From: a virus
Virus record (IMG/VR): IMGVR_UViG_3300027804_003127
Strand: one strand, 5' to 3'
DNA: 64,000 nucleotides
Made by a program: the position numbers and the translations under genes. The notes under the pieces were generated by a model. That model had not been told where the DNA came from. It saw nothing but the letters and a program-made list of their open reading frames with translations, and did no database searches. Positions 48,703 to 57,016 of the stretch are shown here, one piece after another (positions within the stretch are counted from its first letter, which is position 1; the number at the start of each line of letters is the position of its first letter).

Positions 48703-50283
48703 ATGAATTGGTACAAGATAGCTAAAAACGAAAACATTCAAATAAAATTAACTCCAAACGAGACTTCTATCTTTAATTTAATTAAAGAAGCAAGGAACGA
48801 ACTTGCTCCAGGCGTGCAATTAAGAATAGCAGGGGGATGGGTTAGAGATAGATTGCTTAACAAGATATCTGATGACATAGATATTGCAGTCACTGGTGGA
48901 GATGGTACAGCTATCGCAAATGCTGTAAGACAATATGATCTTAAAAAAAATAAAGGATCTAGGACTGAGGATCCTTATTCTGTTAGTTTAGAAAAAGGAA
49001 TTGAAGGTCAAGGTGGTAAGAGTGAGGGGCTAAAGGTAGGTGCTGTTTCTATTGATGGTATAAAAGTAGAATTTGTGCCTATGAGAAAAGAAAGTTATAC
49101 AAGAGATAGCCGAGTACCGTCTATAGTTGCAACAGATGATCCTAAAGATGATGTTTTGCGTAGAGATTTGACGATTAATGCCATATACTACAATGTAGAC
49201 ACAAATGAAATTGAAGATTATGTTGGGGGGATCAGCGATCTTAATAATGGTGTTATTAAAACTCCTAATAATCCTATTGTTACTTTAACCGAAGATCCGT
49301 TAAGAGCAATGAGAGCTCTTAGATTCCTTTCTCAAATGAAAGGATTTAGGATGGATCCTAGTCTCATGGAGGCAATGGGATCAAATGAAGTTCATGATGC
49401 ATATAGGGCAAAGGTTGCTCCAGAGAGGGTGAGAAAAGAACTAGAAAAGCTTGTATTAGGTACAAATCCAGCAGATGCAGTTAGAATACTATTCGCTTCA
49501 GGTCTTTATCTGCCAGTTTTTAATTCTCAAAGGATGAGTGGTTTTAACCACATATCAATGGATCAAGGAAATCCGCATCATGCATACAACCTTTTAGAGC
49601 ATACTGTTAATGTTGTTAAAAACCTAAACGACATGCTTATTACATCGAATGCTTCTGATAGAGAGAGAATGATTGCTGTTCTTGCTGCTATCTTTCACGA
49701 TTTTGGCAAGATGGACCCATCTATAGTTAGACCTAGTAAGACTAATCCAGGAGCCTTGTCGTACCCAGGACACGAAGATGTTTCTGCAGATATAGTAGAA
49801 GACGCTTTAAAGAGAATCGGATTCGGAAACGAAAGATTTTTAGTGCAAAAAATAGTTAAAGAGCACATGCGTCCTCATGGAGAAATGCAAACACCAAAAA
49901 GTATAGGTAAGTTTTTAAGAGAATTTGAATCCATGAAGATATCTGATGATTTGAAAGAACGATTATGGAAGCTCACATATATGCATGCGATAGCTGATTC
50001 TATGAGCAAGGGAGCAGTCGATTATCATGATGACGTTAAACATAAGGAAGAATCAATTAAGACAATAGAGGATTTTATCTCTCAGCAAGCTGCTACTGGT
50101 AAAAAGCCATTATTGGATGGTAGAGAGATAATGTCGTTATTTCCAGATATAAATCCTAAAACGGGTTTTATAAGCAAAATGCAAGAAGCTTTATTACAAG
50201 CACAAGATGAAGGAAAAGTCATAGATAAAAATTCAGCGCAAAAATTCCTTACAGATAATAAAAGTAGTTTGTTGACGATATAA
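48703..50283 (+). CDS. cca: CCA tRNA nucleotidyltransferase with HD domain
   Basis: GGWVRD..DDIDI, RKESY..DSRVP loop, RRDLTINA, EDPLR..RALRF, H...H...FHDFGK HD domain; N-terminal MNWYKIA leader. Confidence 0.88.
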   Translation: MNWYKIAKNENIQIKLTPNETSIFNLIKEARNELAPGVQLRIAGGWVRDRLLNKISDDIDIAVTGGDGTAIANAVRQYDLKKNKGSRTEDPYSVSLEKGIEGQGGKSEGLKVGAVSIDGIKVEFVPMRKESYTRDSRVPSIVATDDPKDDVLRRDLTINAIYYNVDTNEIEDYVGGISDLNNGVIKTPNNPIVTLTEDPLRAMRALRFLSQMKGFRMDPSLMEAMGSNEVHDAYRAKVAPERVRKELEKLVLGTNPADAVRILFASGLYLPVFNSQRMSGFNHISMDQGNPHHAYNLLEHTVNVVKNLNDMLITSNASDRERMIAVLAAIFHDFGKMDPSIVRPSKTNPGALSYPGHEDVSADIVEDALKRIGFGNERFLVQKIVKEHMRPHGEMQTPKSIGKFLREFESMKISDDLKERLWKLTYMHAIADSMSKGAVDYHDDVKHKEESIKTIEDFISQQAATGKKPLLDGREIMSLFPDINPKTGFISKMQEALLQAQDEGKVIDKNSAQKFLTDNKSSLLTI

Positions 50284-50291
50284 AAAAATAT

Positions 50292-51659
50292 ATGATAATT
50301 TGCAACAGATTGGGATCGTCTGTCTATGTATCTGATTTGGACAAAAGCTTTTCTCCATCTAATGAAAATGTGCAGCATAGTGTTACTAAGCAAGATTTGC
50401 TTAAAAGTATTTCTTTAAGAAATTTAATTAGATCAGGAGTTTTTGAACCAATGTCTTATGATTCTGAGGATAAATTAGAAAAAGATTTATATGAAAAATT
50501 TCATTTAGCTATTAAAAATAAAGCTCCTGATGCTCCAGATTTCAAAAAAGGAATTATAATAAGAGGCCAATTTTTAGACTATAGTGGATATGCTAAAGTT
50601 AATAGAAATCTGGCAGAATCTTTATTGACAAATAGAATTGGCGTTATGATAAACGCTTTAGACTCTCAAAAACCTAGATTAATAGGTAAAGATTTAGAAA
50701 AATCTTCTATTTATAAGTATGTTAATTCATCATATGGTGATATGGTTATAGACAGCGTAGTTCCTAACTCTGACATACCTAAAGGTAAAAAAGCTACAGT
50801 TTTATATACTACGGTTGAAGCTTATACCATACCAGATTCGTTTTTAAATATATTCTCATCTTATGATGAGATATGGGTTACGTCAAATTTCTGCAAATCC
50901 GTCATAGAAAATAGGACAAGTAAAAAAGTATATGTTATGCCAGGAGTAGTAGACAGTAGGATGTATACTGACGTAGGAAATAAGCTGAGTATTGATAATA
51001 AAGCTAAAAGTTTTAGATTTGTAAGTGTATTTAATTGGAACTACAGAAAAGGTCCTGATGCACTGATTAAGGCATATTGTAAGGCATTTAGTAGTAATGA
51101 TGATGTAAGTTTGATATTGTTATGTAGACATAAAAGAATATCTGGACCAGCAAAAGATGTAAAAAATGAAGTGGAAAATGAACTTAAGTTAATAAATAAA
51201 AAAGATTTGCCTCATATAGTTAGGGTTACAAGGGAGTTAGACGAATCAGGAATAGCATCTTTATATAGGTCTTGCAACGCTTTTGTTTTACCTTCAAGGG
51301 GAGAAGGTTATGGGTTGCCGTATCTAGAGGCAAGTCTCTGTGGAATCCCAGTATTAGGGACAAATGTATCCTCTATAAAAGATATATTAAACTACAATAA
51401 TAGTTGCTTAATAGATATAGATAAATTATCTCCCGTCCCCAAAGGTAGTACTGGATGTTATTTTTGGGATGAGCATATTATGGCAGATCTTAAAGAAGAA
51501 TCTTTCATAGATAGATTAGCTGAAGGCATGATTGATATGTATAAAAATTATAATAAATATTTAGAAAAAAATAAATTACTTCAACAAGAGACTTTGGCGA
51601 AAGCAAACTATTTAAATTGCGCTAAGTCTGTTGTAGAAAGGCTCAGGTGTTATGTATGA
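50292..51659 (+). CDS. GT4 family glycosyltransferase with N-terminal extra module
   Basis: SGYAKVNR, DEIWVTS.F, WNYRKG.D.L..AY, LPSRGEGYGLP.LEA. Confidence 0.85.
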   Translation: MIICNRLGSSVYVSDLDKSFSPSNENVQHSVTKQDLLKSISLRNLIRSGVFEPMSYDSEDKLEKDLYEKFHLAIKNKAPDAPDFKKGIIIRGQFLDYSGYAKVNRNLAESLLTNRIGVMINALDSQKPRLIGKDLEKSSIYKYVNSSYGDMVIDSVVPNSDIPKGKKATVLYTTVEAYTIPDSFLNIFSSYDEIWVTSNFCKSVIENRTSKKVYVMPGVVDSRMYTDVGNKLSIDNKAKSFRFVSVFNWNYRKGPDALIKAYCKAFSSNDDVSLILLCRHKRISGPAKDVKNEVENELKLINKKDLPHIVRVTRELDESGIASLYRSCNAFVLPSRGEGYGLPYLEASLCGIPVLGTNVSSIKDILNYNNSCLIDIDKLSPVPKGSTGCYFWDEHIMADLKEESFIDRLAEGMIDMYKNYNKYLEKNKLLQQETLAKANYLNCAKSVVERLRCYV

Positions 51660-52207
51660 TAGCAATAATTGATACTTCAGAAGACAAGGTTGTATTAATA
51701 GGTGAAAAAATATATAGAATATCAAGGAAAGAATTCAATGAAATAAGAGTTAAGTTAGAGGTAAGGGGCCTGCTAGTAATGAATGAAGAAAAGATACGTT
51801 TAGATACTAGTGAAAAGAAAAATGATAAAAAGCATACAGATAGTAGTAAAAAATACATAGCATCTAGTAAGGGTAAATCTGTTATAGTAAATGGATTAGA
51901 GCCAAAGTTGCAATTTATGGGTGTTGATGATATTAAAAACATAAACGAAATTATATCTATATATAAGTCAATTCCAGAACAGGTAGACAAATTGATAAAA
52001 TCAAATGTTTTAGTTTTGTTAAATGAAGAAGAAAAGTCTCAAAGACTAGATGTTGTTAAGAATAAAAAAGTCATAAAAGGGTCTAGGGTGAAACAGTCTA
52101 GCAACATGGAAGAAAGAATGTCTGAATCTTATAGTAGCAACGATGACGATGGCGATGTTGATTCTGAAGATAGATTGATGCGGAACGCGGTAAAGATTGA
52201 CTTATGA
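51656..52207 (+). CDS. Hypothetical protein
   Basis: ORF in operon. Confidence 0.55.
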   Translation: MIAIIDTSEDKVVLIGEKIYRISRKEFNEIRVKLEVRGLLVMNEEKIRLDTSEKKNDKKHTDSSKKYIASSKGKSVIVNGLEPKLQFMGVDDIKNINEIISIYKSIPEQVDKLIKSNVLVLLNEEEKSQRLDVVKNKKVIKGSRVKQSSNMEERMSESYSSNDDDGDVDSEDRLMRNAVKIDL

Positions 52208-52911
52208 TAAACATATTAATTTCATTACCTCAATTAGAATGGTCTTGTTTTTTATTATCTCATATAAAGCAATGTATTCTAAAAAAATATAGTAACATAA
52301 ATAAGATAGATGTTATTTCAAAAAATATTATGGATGAGGATATGTTTCCTCATGTAATAAATGAAAGTTGTATAATAGGCATGTTAGACTTAAAAGATGC
52401 TTATGATTATGTATATAATTTTGATTCAGATATTTTGATAGATAAAATTCTTTCTAAGAAATATGGAAAAGTCATTAATTTACAAAATTGCATATACGGA
52501 GATGAAAATATATGGAACAATATATCTAATTTCTTTTCTGTAAATATTGATGAGCCAAAGTTTAAATTTAATATTGTTAATAGGACAAGATTAAACAAAG
52601 CAGAATCTGGAGTAGCGATTAAAAACAATCATTTAAGGTCTTATGTTAAAAAATCATTTTTTGTAGATAATTCTAGATTGTGGCATGTTCCAGTGAGAAA
52701 AAATTTATACAAAAGATTTGACGAATGTAATACAGTTTCTAACCTGGTAACAGATGATATATTTTGTGCATTATCTGGGTATGCTCAAAATAAAAAAGTA
52801 GTGTTTTTAAATTTATATGAAGAGTATTATAATATAAGTTGTGGAGAAAATCTATACATACAGGGTGTAGGGGATTATTTTAAATGGAAGCAAAGTTGCA
52901 TAGAAAGTTAA
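52204..52911 (+). CDS. Hypothetical protein, possibly a degenerate GT9-like fold
   Basis: C..LVTDD....LS....KKVVFL tail. Confidence 0.45.
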   Translation: MINILISLPQLEWSCFLLSHIKQCILKKYSNINKIDVISKNIMDEDMFPHVINESCIIGMLDLKDAYDYVYNFDSDILIDKILSKKYGKVINLQNCIYGDENIWNNISNFFSVNIDEPKFKFNIVNRTRLNKAESGVAIKNNHLRSYVKKSFFVDNSRLWHVPVRKNLYKRFDECNTVSNLVTDDIFCALSGYAQNKKVVFLNLYEEYYNISCGENLYIQGVGDYFKWKQSCIES

Positions 52912-53714
52912 ATAAATCTAAATCGGTTAAAAATTTAAAAGAACCTGTTAGATATATTCCCGATATGTTTGGATTTGATATTCCAAACTATAACCCATCT
53001 GATATTACCATAGCTATTCTAGACACTGGTATTCCTTCTCATTTTGATATTAATTATAAAGAAGAAGACAATAAAAATTCTTGCATTGATTTGTTATTAA
53101 ATAAATGTGAAATTAAGGACATAAATGGACACGCAACTATAATATCAGGAATATTATGCGGATCTAATCCTAGTGGTGTCATGGGCATGTGTCCGTCTGC
53201 AAAATATATGTTTTGCAAGATAATGAACGATGATGGTCTTGGTGATACTAGCAATATAACTGCTGGTCTTTTATGGGCTATGTGTCAAAAGTTTGATATA
53301 TTATTGCTATCAAGTGGTTCTCCGATTGATGATAGATATATGAAAAAAGTAATTGACAAATGTTATGCAATGAACAAAATAATTATAGTAGCCAGCGGAA
53401 AAGAGATAACTAAAAATTCTAAGAGTCTTTTTCCTGCAGGATATGATGGAGTAATAAGTTGTAGTTCTGCTAGAAAAAACTCTGCTAAATATTTACCTCA
53501 AAATAAAAGAATGGAAATAGATTTATCATTCAATAGCATATGGTCAACATTTACTGATGATACATATATAAAATCTGGGGGTAGTAGCGTTGCTGCCGCA
53601 ATAGTTTGCGGTGCTGCAGCTAATTTTTTGCATTATTTGAAAAGTAAAGATCACAATTGGGAAACAGCTTCAGATTTTATGAAGTTGTTTTCAGAAAAAA
53701 TAAGAAATCAATAA
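52884..53714 (+). CDS. Subtilisin-like (S8) serine protease
   Basis: IAILDTG, NGHAT.ISG, SGGSSVAAA.V.G. Confidence 0.8.
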   Translation: MEAKLHRKLNKSKSVKNLKEPVRYIPDMFGFDIPNYNPSDITIAILDTGIPSHFDINYKEEDNKNSCIDLLLNKCEIKDINGHATIISGILCGSNPSGVMGMCPSAKYMFCKIMNDDGLGDTSNITAGLLWAMCQKFDILLLSSGSPIDDRYMKKVIDKCYAMNKIIIVASGKEITKNSKSLFPAGYDGVISCSSARKNSAKYLPQNKRMEIDLSFNSIWSTFTDDTYIKSGGSSVAAAIVCGAAANFLHYLKSKDHNWETASDFMKLFSEKIRNQ

Positions 53715-53715
53715 T

Positions 53716-54528
53716 ATGGCAAATTTAAAAATAGATTTTACTTCACAATACCCAGCTACTTATTATGCTCTTGTTCATGATCAGGTTAATAAATTTATTA
53801 ACGTATCAAGTGGAAATTTGGAAATACCATTGGGTTCAATTGATGTATTTGTTAAAAATCTTGTAAAAAAAGAATTAAATACTTATATAGCTGAATATCC
53901 CGCTGATAGTTTGCCATCTGGAGTGTATACTTTCAGAGTATATAGAAGAAACGGTCAATTAGTAAATATAGAAAAAGACGATTTAATATCAATAGGTCAA
54001 GCTGGTTGGAATTCATTTACTCAAACTCAAACAAATCCTTCGGATATTATAGGAGCATTAGAGTCTTATGATAAAAGATATGAATCTATACATAGAATAG
54101 ATATGTATCTTGATTCTATTCAGTTAGGTTTGTCTAATAATGAATCAGGCTTTGCAAGGCTTGACTACGACGAAAATACTAAGGGGTTAAAAATTAAGGT
54201 TAATTGGAGAGTAAATCAGGGAATTACTATAAATAGAATTGCGATAAGGGGGCCAGCTGCTTTGGGCCAAAAAACTGATATAGCTTTTTCGGTTCCTGTG
54301 AGTACTCAGAACAATTTTATATATGTAGGCAATATTGGAGACACTATATCTAATATTATAAAATCTAAAAATTTTTATGTTACTTTAGATACGTCTTCTC
54401 AGACTCAAGGCAGAATTGGAGGCTATCCCATATATACTCCAAGTTCTCTTAGCGGAACAGGAGGATCAGTATCTTTAAGAATAGGAACTTCTCCAGCATC
54501 TACAGGAGTTTCTTTTAGAACAAGATAA
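53716..54528 (+). CDS. Virion-associated protein with CHRD-like C-terminal domain
   Basis: SGFA.L.YD....L...V........IAIRGPA..G....YVTLDT.....GRIGG matches the CHRD layout, with the His residues replaced. Confidence 0.5.
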   Translation: MANLKIDFTSQYPATYYALVHDQVNKFINVSSGNLEIPLGSIDVFVKNLVKKELNTYIAEYPADSLPSGVYTFRVYRRNGQLVNIEKDDLISIGQAGWNSFTQTQTNPSDIIGALESYDKRYESIHRIDMYLDSIQLGLSNNESGFARLDYDENTKGLKIKVNWRVNQGITINRIAIRGPAALGQKTDIAFSVPVSTQNNFIYVGNIGDTISNIIKSKNFYVTLDTSSQTQGRIGGYPIYTPSSLSGTGGSVSLRIGTSPASTGVSFRTR

Positions 54529-54537
54529 CATATTAAC

Positions 54538-55548
54538 ATGAGTGACTATAATCAAATAGCAGAAAATATCGGAAACTTCAGCAGAGGAACAGTTAATAAC
54601 TTATTTTTAAAAATAACTGACATTGACGGTTCAGCTAAGTCTGCAGAAAATGTTCGCATAACTATTAACAGTACCGAGCCTTACGGTGAAGATGCTGTGT
54701 ATAATCAAGTAGCTTCTACCGTGCAGGCTGGGTATTATTTCTATGAATGGGAAATTTCAGCTGATGCACAATTAGGTTCTTATATGGTTACATGGACTTA
54801 CTTATTAGATGACGTTGAAAATTCTGTTGTTCAATATTTGATTGTAAATGACAGGCCAGAATCTGAAAATGCATATTGGGGATTTTTAAATGATTTAAGA
54901 ATATCTCTTGAATTTCATATTAGGCCAGCTATGAATATTCCAGTTTATTTTGAGCAATCTAAGCCTAGTCGTGATAAGATGAAGTATAGATTTAGTTTTC
55001 CAAGATGGAATCAAACTGCTGGAATAAAAGTATACCGTAACCAGGAAATAGTTGATGGAGGGATATCTGTTAATTATTTCAAGGGAGAGATAGAATTTGA
55101 CGAGCCTCAGTCAACTTATGATATAATTAACTGTGATTATAATTTCAGATGGTTTGATGATCCTGCTCTATATAGATTTCTGCAAAATGGATTAGACAGA
55201 TTTAATTATTATCCACCCGTTAGTTATTACTCTTTGTCTCAGTTGCCAGATAGAGCAATAACTCCAGTTCTATATGGAGCTACTGTGGATGCTTTAAGAG
55301 AATTGATGATGTCTTTGCAGTTTCAAGAGCCTCAAATAGTGTTCGGAGGTTCCGAAAAATCACAAAATGTTTTTTCTAATTTCGATACTTTGAAAAAGAA
55401 TTACGAAGAAAGCTTAAAAAATATGTTGGATGCAAAAAAGAATGGTCCATATACTGGTTTGACGAAAATGATAGTAGTTCCTGAATATACTTTGCCTGGC
55501 GGCAGGAGTAGGTGGTTTAGATATTTATTTAGTGGATCAAATATTTAA
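54538..55548 (+). CDS. Virion structural protein (probable neck/head-completion) with N-terminal Ig-like domain
   Basis: GYYFYEW.I...A.LG.Y.V.W Ig-like motif; YNFRWFDD..L..FL..G...FN..PP adaptor-like segment. Confidence 0.55.
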   Translation: MSDYNQIAENIGNFSRGTVNNLFLKITDIDGSAKSAENVRITINSTEPYGEDAVYNQVASTVQAGYYFYEWEISADAQLGSYMVTWTYLLDDVENSVVQYLIVNDRPESENAYWGFLNDLRISLEFHIRPAMNIPVYFEQSKPSRDKMKYRFSFPRWNQTAGIKVYRNQEIVDGGISVNYFKGEIEFDEPQSTYDIINCDYNFRWFDDPALYRFLQNGLDRFNYYPPVSYYSLSQLPDRAITPVLYGATVDALRELMMSLQFQEPQIVFGGSEKSQNVFSNFDTLKKNYEESLKNMLDAKKNGPYTGLTKMIVVPEYTLPGGRSRWFRYLFSGSNI

Positions 55549-55549
55549 A

Positions 55550-55831
55550 ATGTTAAATAAAAATCAATTAAGAAATGCAGTATTAGATAATCGGTGTGTT
55601 TTTTTTGTATTGCCGACTAAAGAGCTTAAAGATAGAATAATAAATTTATCAGATGAAAAAATAAATTCTTTATCTTCAGAACTAAAGGCTTTCTTTCTAG
55701 AAGATAAGGGTTTTTATGTAGAAAACGAAATGATAGCAAAGTATATAGATGGTTCTTTAGATGATAATAATTTTCATCTATTATCAATGTGCGATATTAG
55801 GGTTATGCAGGATACCATAAAGATAAATTAG
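55550..55831 (+). CDS. Hypothetical protein
   Basis: ORF in operon. Confidence 0.5.
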   Translation: MLNKNQLRNAVLDNRCVFFVLPTKELKDRIINLSDEKINSLSSELKAFFLEDKGFYVENEMIAKYIDGSLDDNNFHLLSMCDIRVMQDTIKIN

Positions 55832-55839
55832 TAATTAAT

Positions 55840-56259
55840 ATGGTGAGTGAAAATAGTAATAATATTTTACTGTTTAATAATTATGGAGAATATCTTCATC
55901 TTACTCGTCCTTTAAGTGCATATCAAAAAACTAAACTATTTGATAGTCTTCCAGTAAACATAAAGAAAGAATTGATGTATAGTTATGAAAAAGATAACTG
56001 GAGAGATCTCATTGATGCAAATAATTTAGATCAAAAAATAGACTTCATAAAAAAGCATTTTAATAAAGACATTATTGATATAAGAATAAAAATAAATTCA
56101 GGCGAAAAGGTCAGGGTTAAAAAGGTTTTCTGGACTTTTGTTGAACAGGAATTGTCTTCAATATCTCAGTCTCGTAAAAGCTATTTAATCGGTGGTGTAT
56201 CTCATAAGGTTGATCCATTTGATTCAAAATGGATCATTCTCGAAAAAAAGGAGTCATAA
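55840..56259 (+). CDS. Hypothetical protein
   Basis: ORF in operon. Confidence 0.55.
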   Translation: MVSENSNNILLFNNYGEYLHLTRPLSAYQKTKLFDSLPVNIKKELMYSYEKDNWRDLIDANNLDQKIDFIKKHFNKDIIDIRIKINSGEKVRVKKVFWTFVEQELSSISQSRKSYLIGGVSHKVDPFDSKWIILEKKES

Positions 56260-56963
56260 TGAGTAAAAAAGCCAGATCAAAAAAAGTAGCAGTGCAGGAA
56301 TTTAAGACTGGTCAATATACGTATAGTGCTTTTAAGCCTAGAGATGAATTTCAAAAAAAATCAGTTGATATAATATTGAATAATCCTATATCTTTTATAT
56401 ATGGAGTCGCAGGAACTGGAAAGACAACAGTCGCAGTAGGAGTTGGTCTTAGGATGTTAATGGCTGGAGAGATAGAAAAAATAGTTATTACCAGACCCTA
56501 TGTGACTGCTGGAGAAAAGCTTGGATATTTGCCTGGCAATATAGAGGAGAAATTTGATCCTTTTGTTATGCCAGTAAAAATGATACTAGAGAAACTGGTG
56601 GGAAAATCTACTGCTGGAAGATATTTTGCAAGTAATGCTATTATGATATTGCCTCTAGCGTATATGAGAGGAATGACTTTTGAAAAGTCTTTTGTAATTA
56701 TGGACGAGGCTCAAAACAGCAGCACGGAGCAAATGCATCTTATCTTAACAAGAATAGGAAAAGATAGCAAGATATGTATCGCAGGAGATGAATTTCAGAC
56801 AGACTTGGACAGGGGTCAAAAAAGTGGCTTAACTGACGCTGTTAATAAGTTAAAGGGGATAGATGGCATAGGTATGTTTGAATTTCCTCCTGAGAGCTGT
56901 CAGAGACATCCTCTTGTTTCTATTATAGATGCTAAATATAAGGCTAGTTCTAAAAAGTCTTAG
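56259..56963 (+). CDS. phoH: PhoH-family ATPase
   Basis: GVAGTGKT, ITRP....GEKLGYLPG..EEK, PLAYMRG.TF, MDEAQN, LTRIG, GD..Q.D, RHPLV. Confidence 0.93.
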   Translation: MSKKARSKKVAVQEFKTGQYTYSAFKPRDEFQKKSVDIILNNPISFIYGVAGTGKTTVAVGVGLRMLMAGEIEKIVITRPYVTAGEKLGYLPGNIEEKFDPFVMPVKMILEKLVGKSTAGRYFASNAIMILPLAYMRGMTFEKSFVIMDEAQNSSTEQMHLILTRIGKDSKICIAGDEFQTDLDRGQKSGLTDAVNKLKGIDGIGMFEFPPESCQRHPLVSIIDAKYKASSKKS

Positions 56964-57016
56964 CAGGTCTTAAGCCAGAAAATATGAAATAAACATATCT
57001 TAAATTTGAGGTTAAA

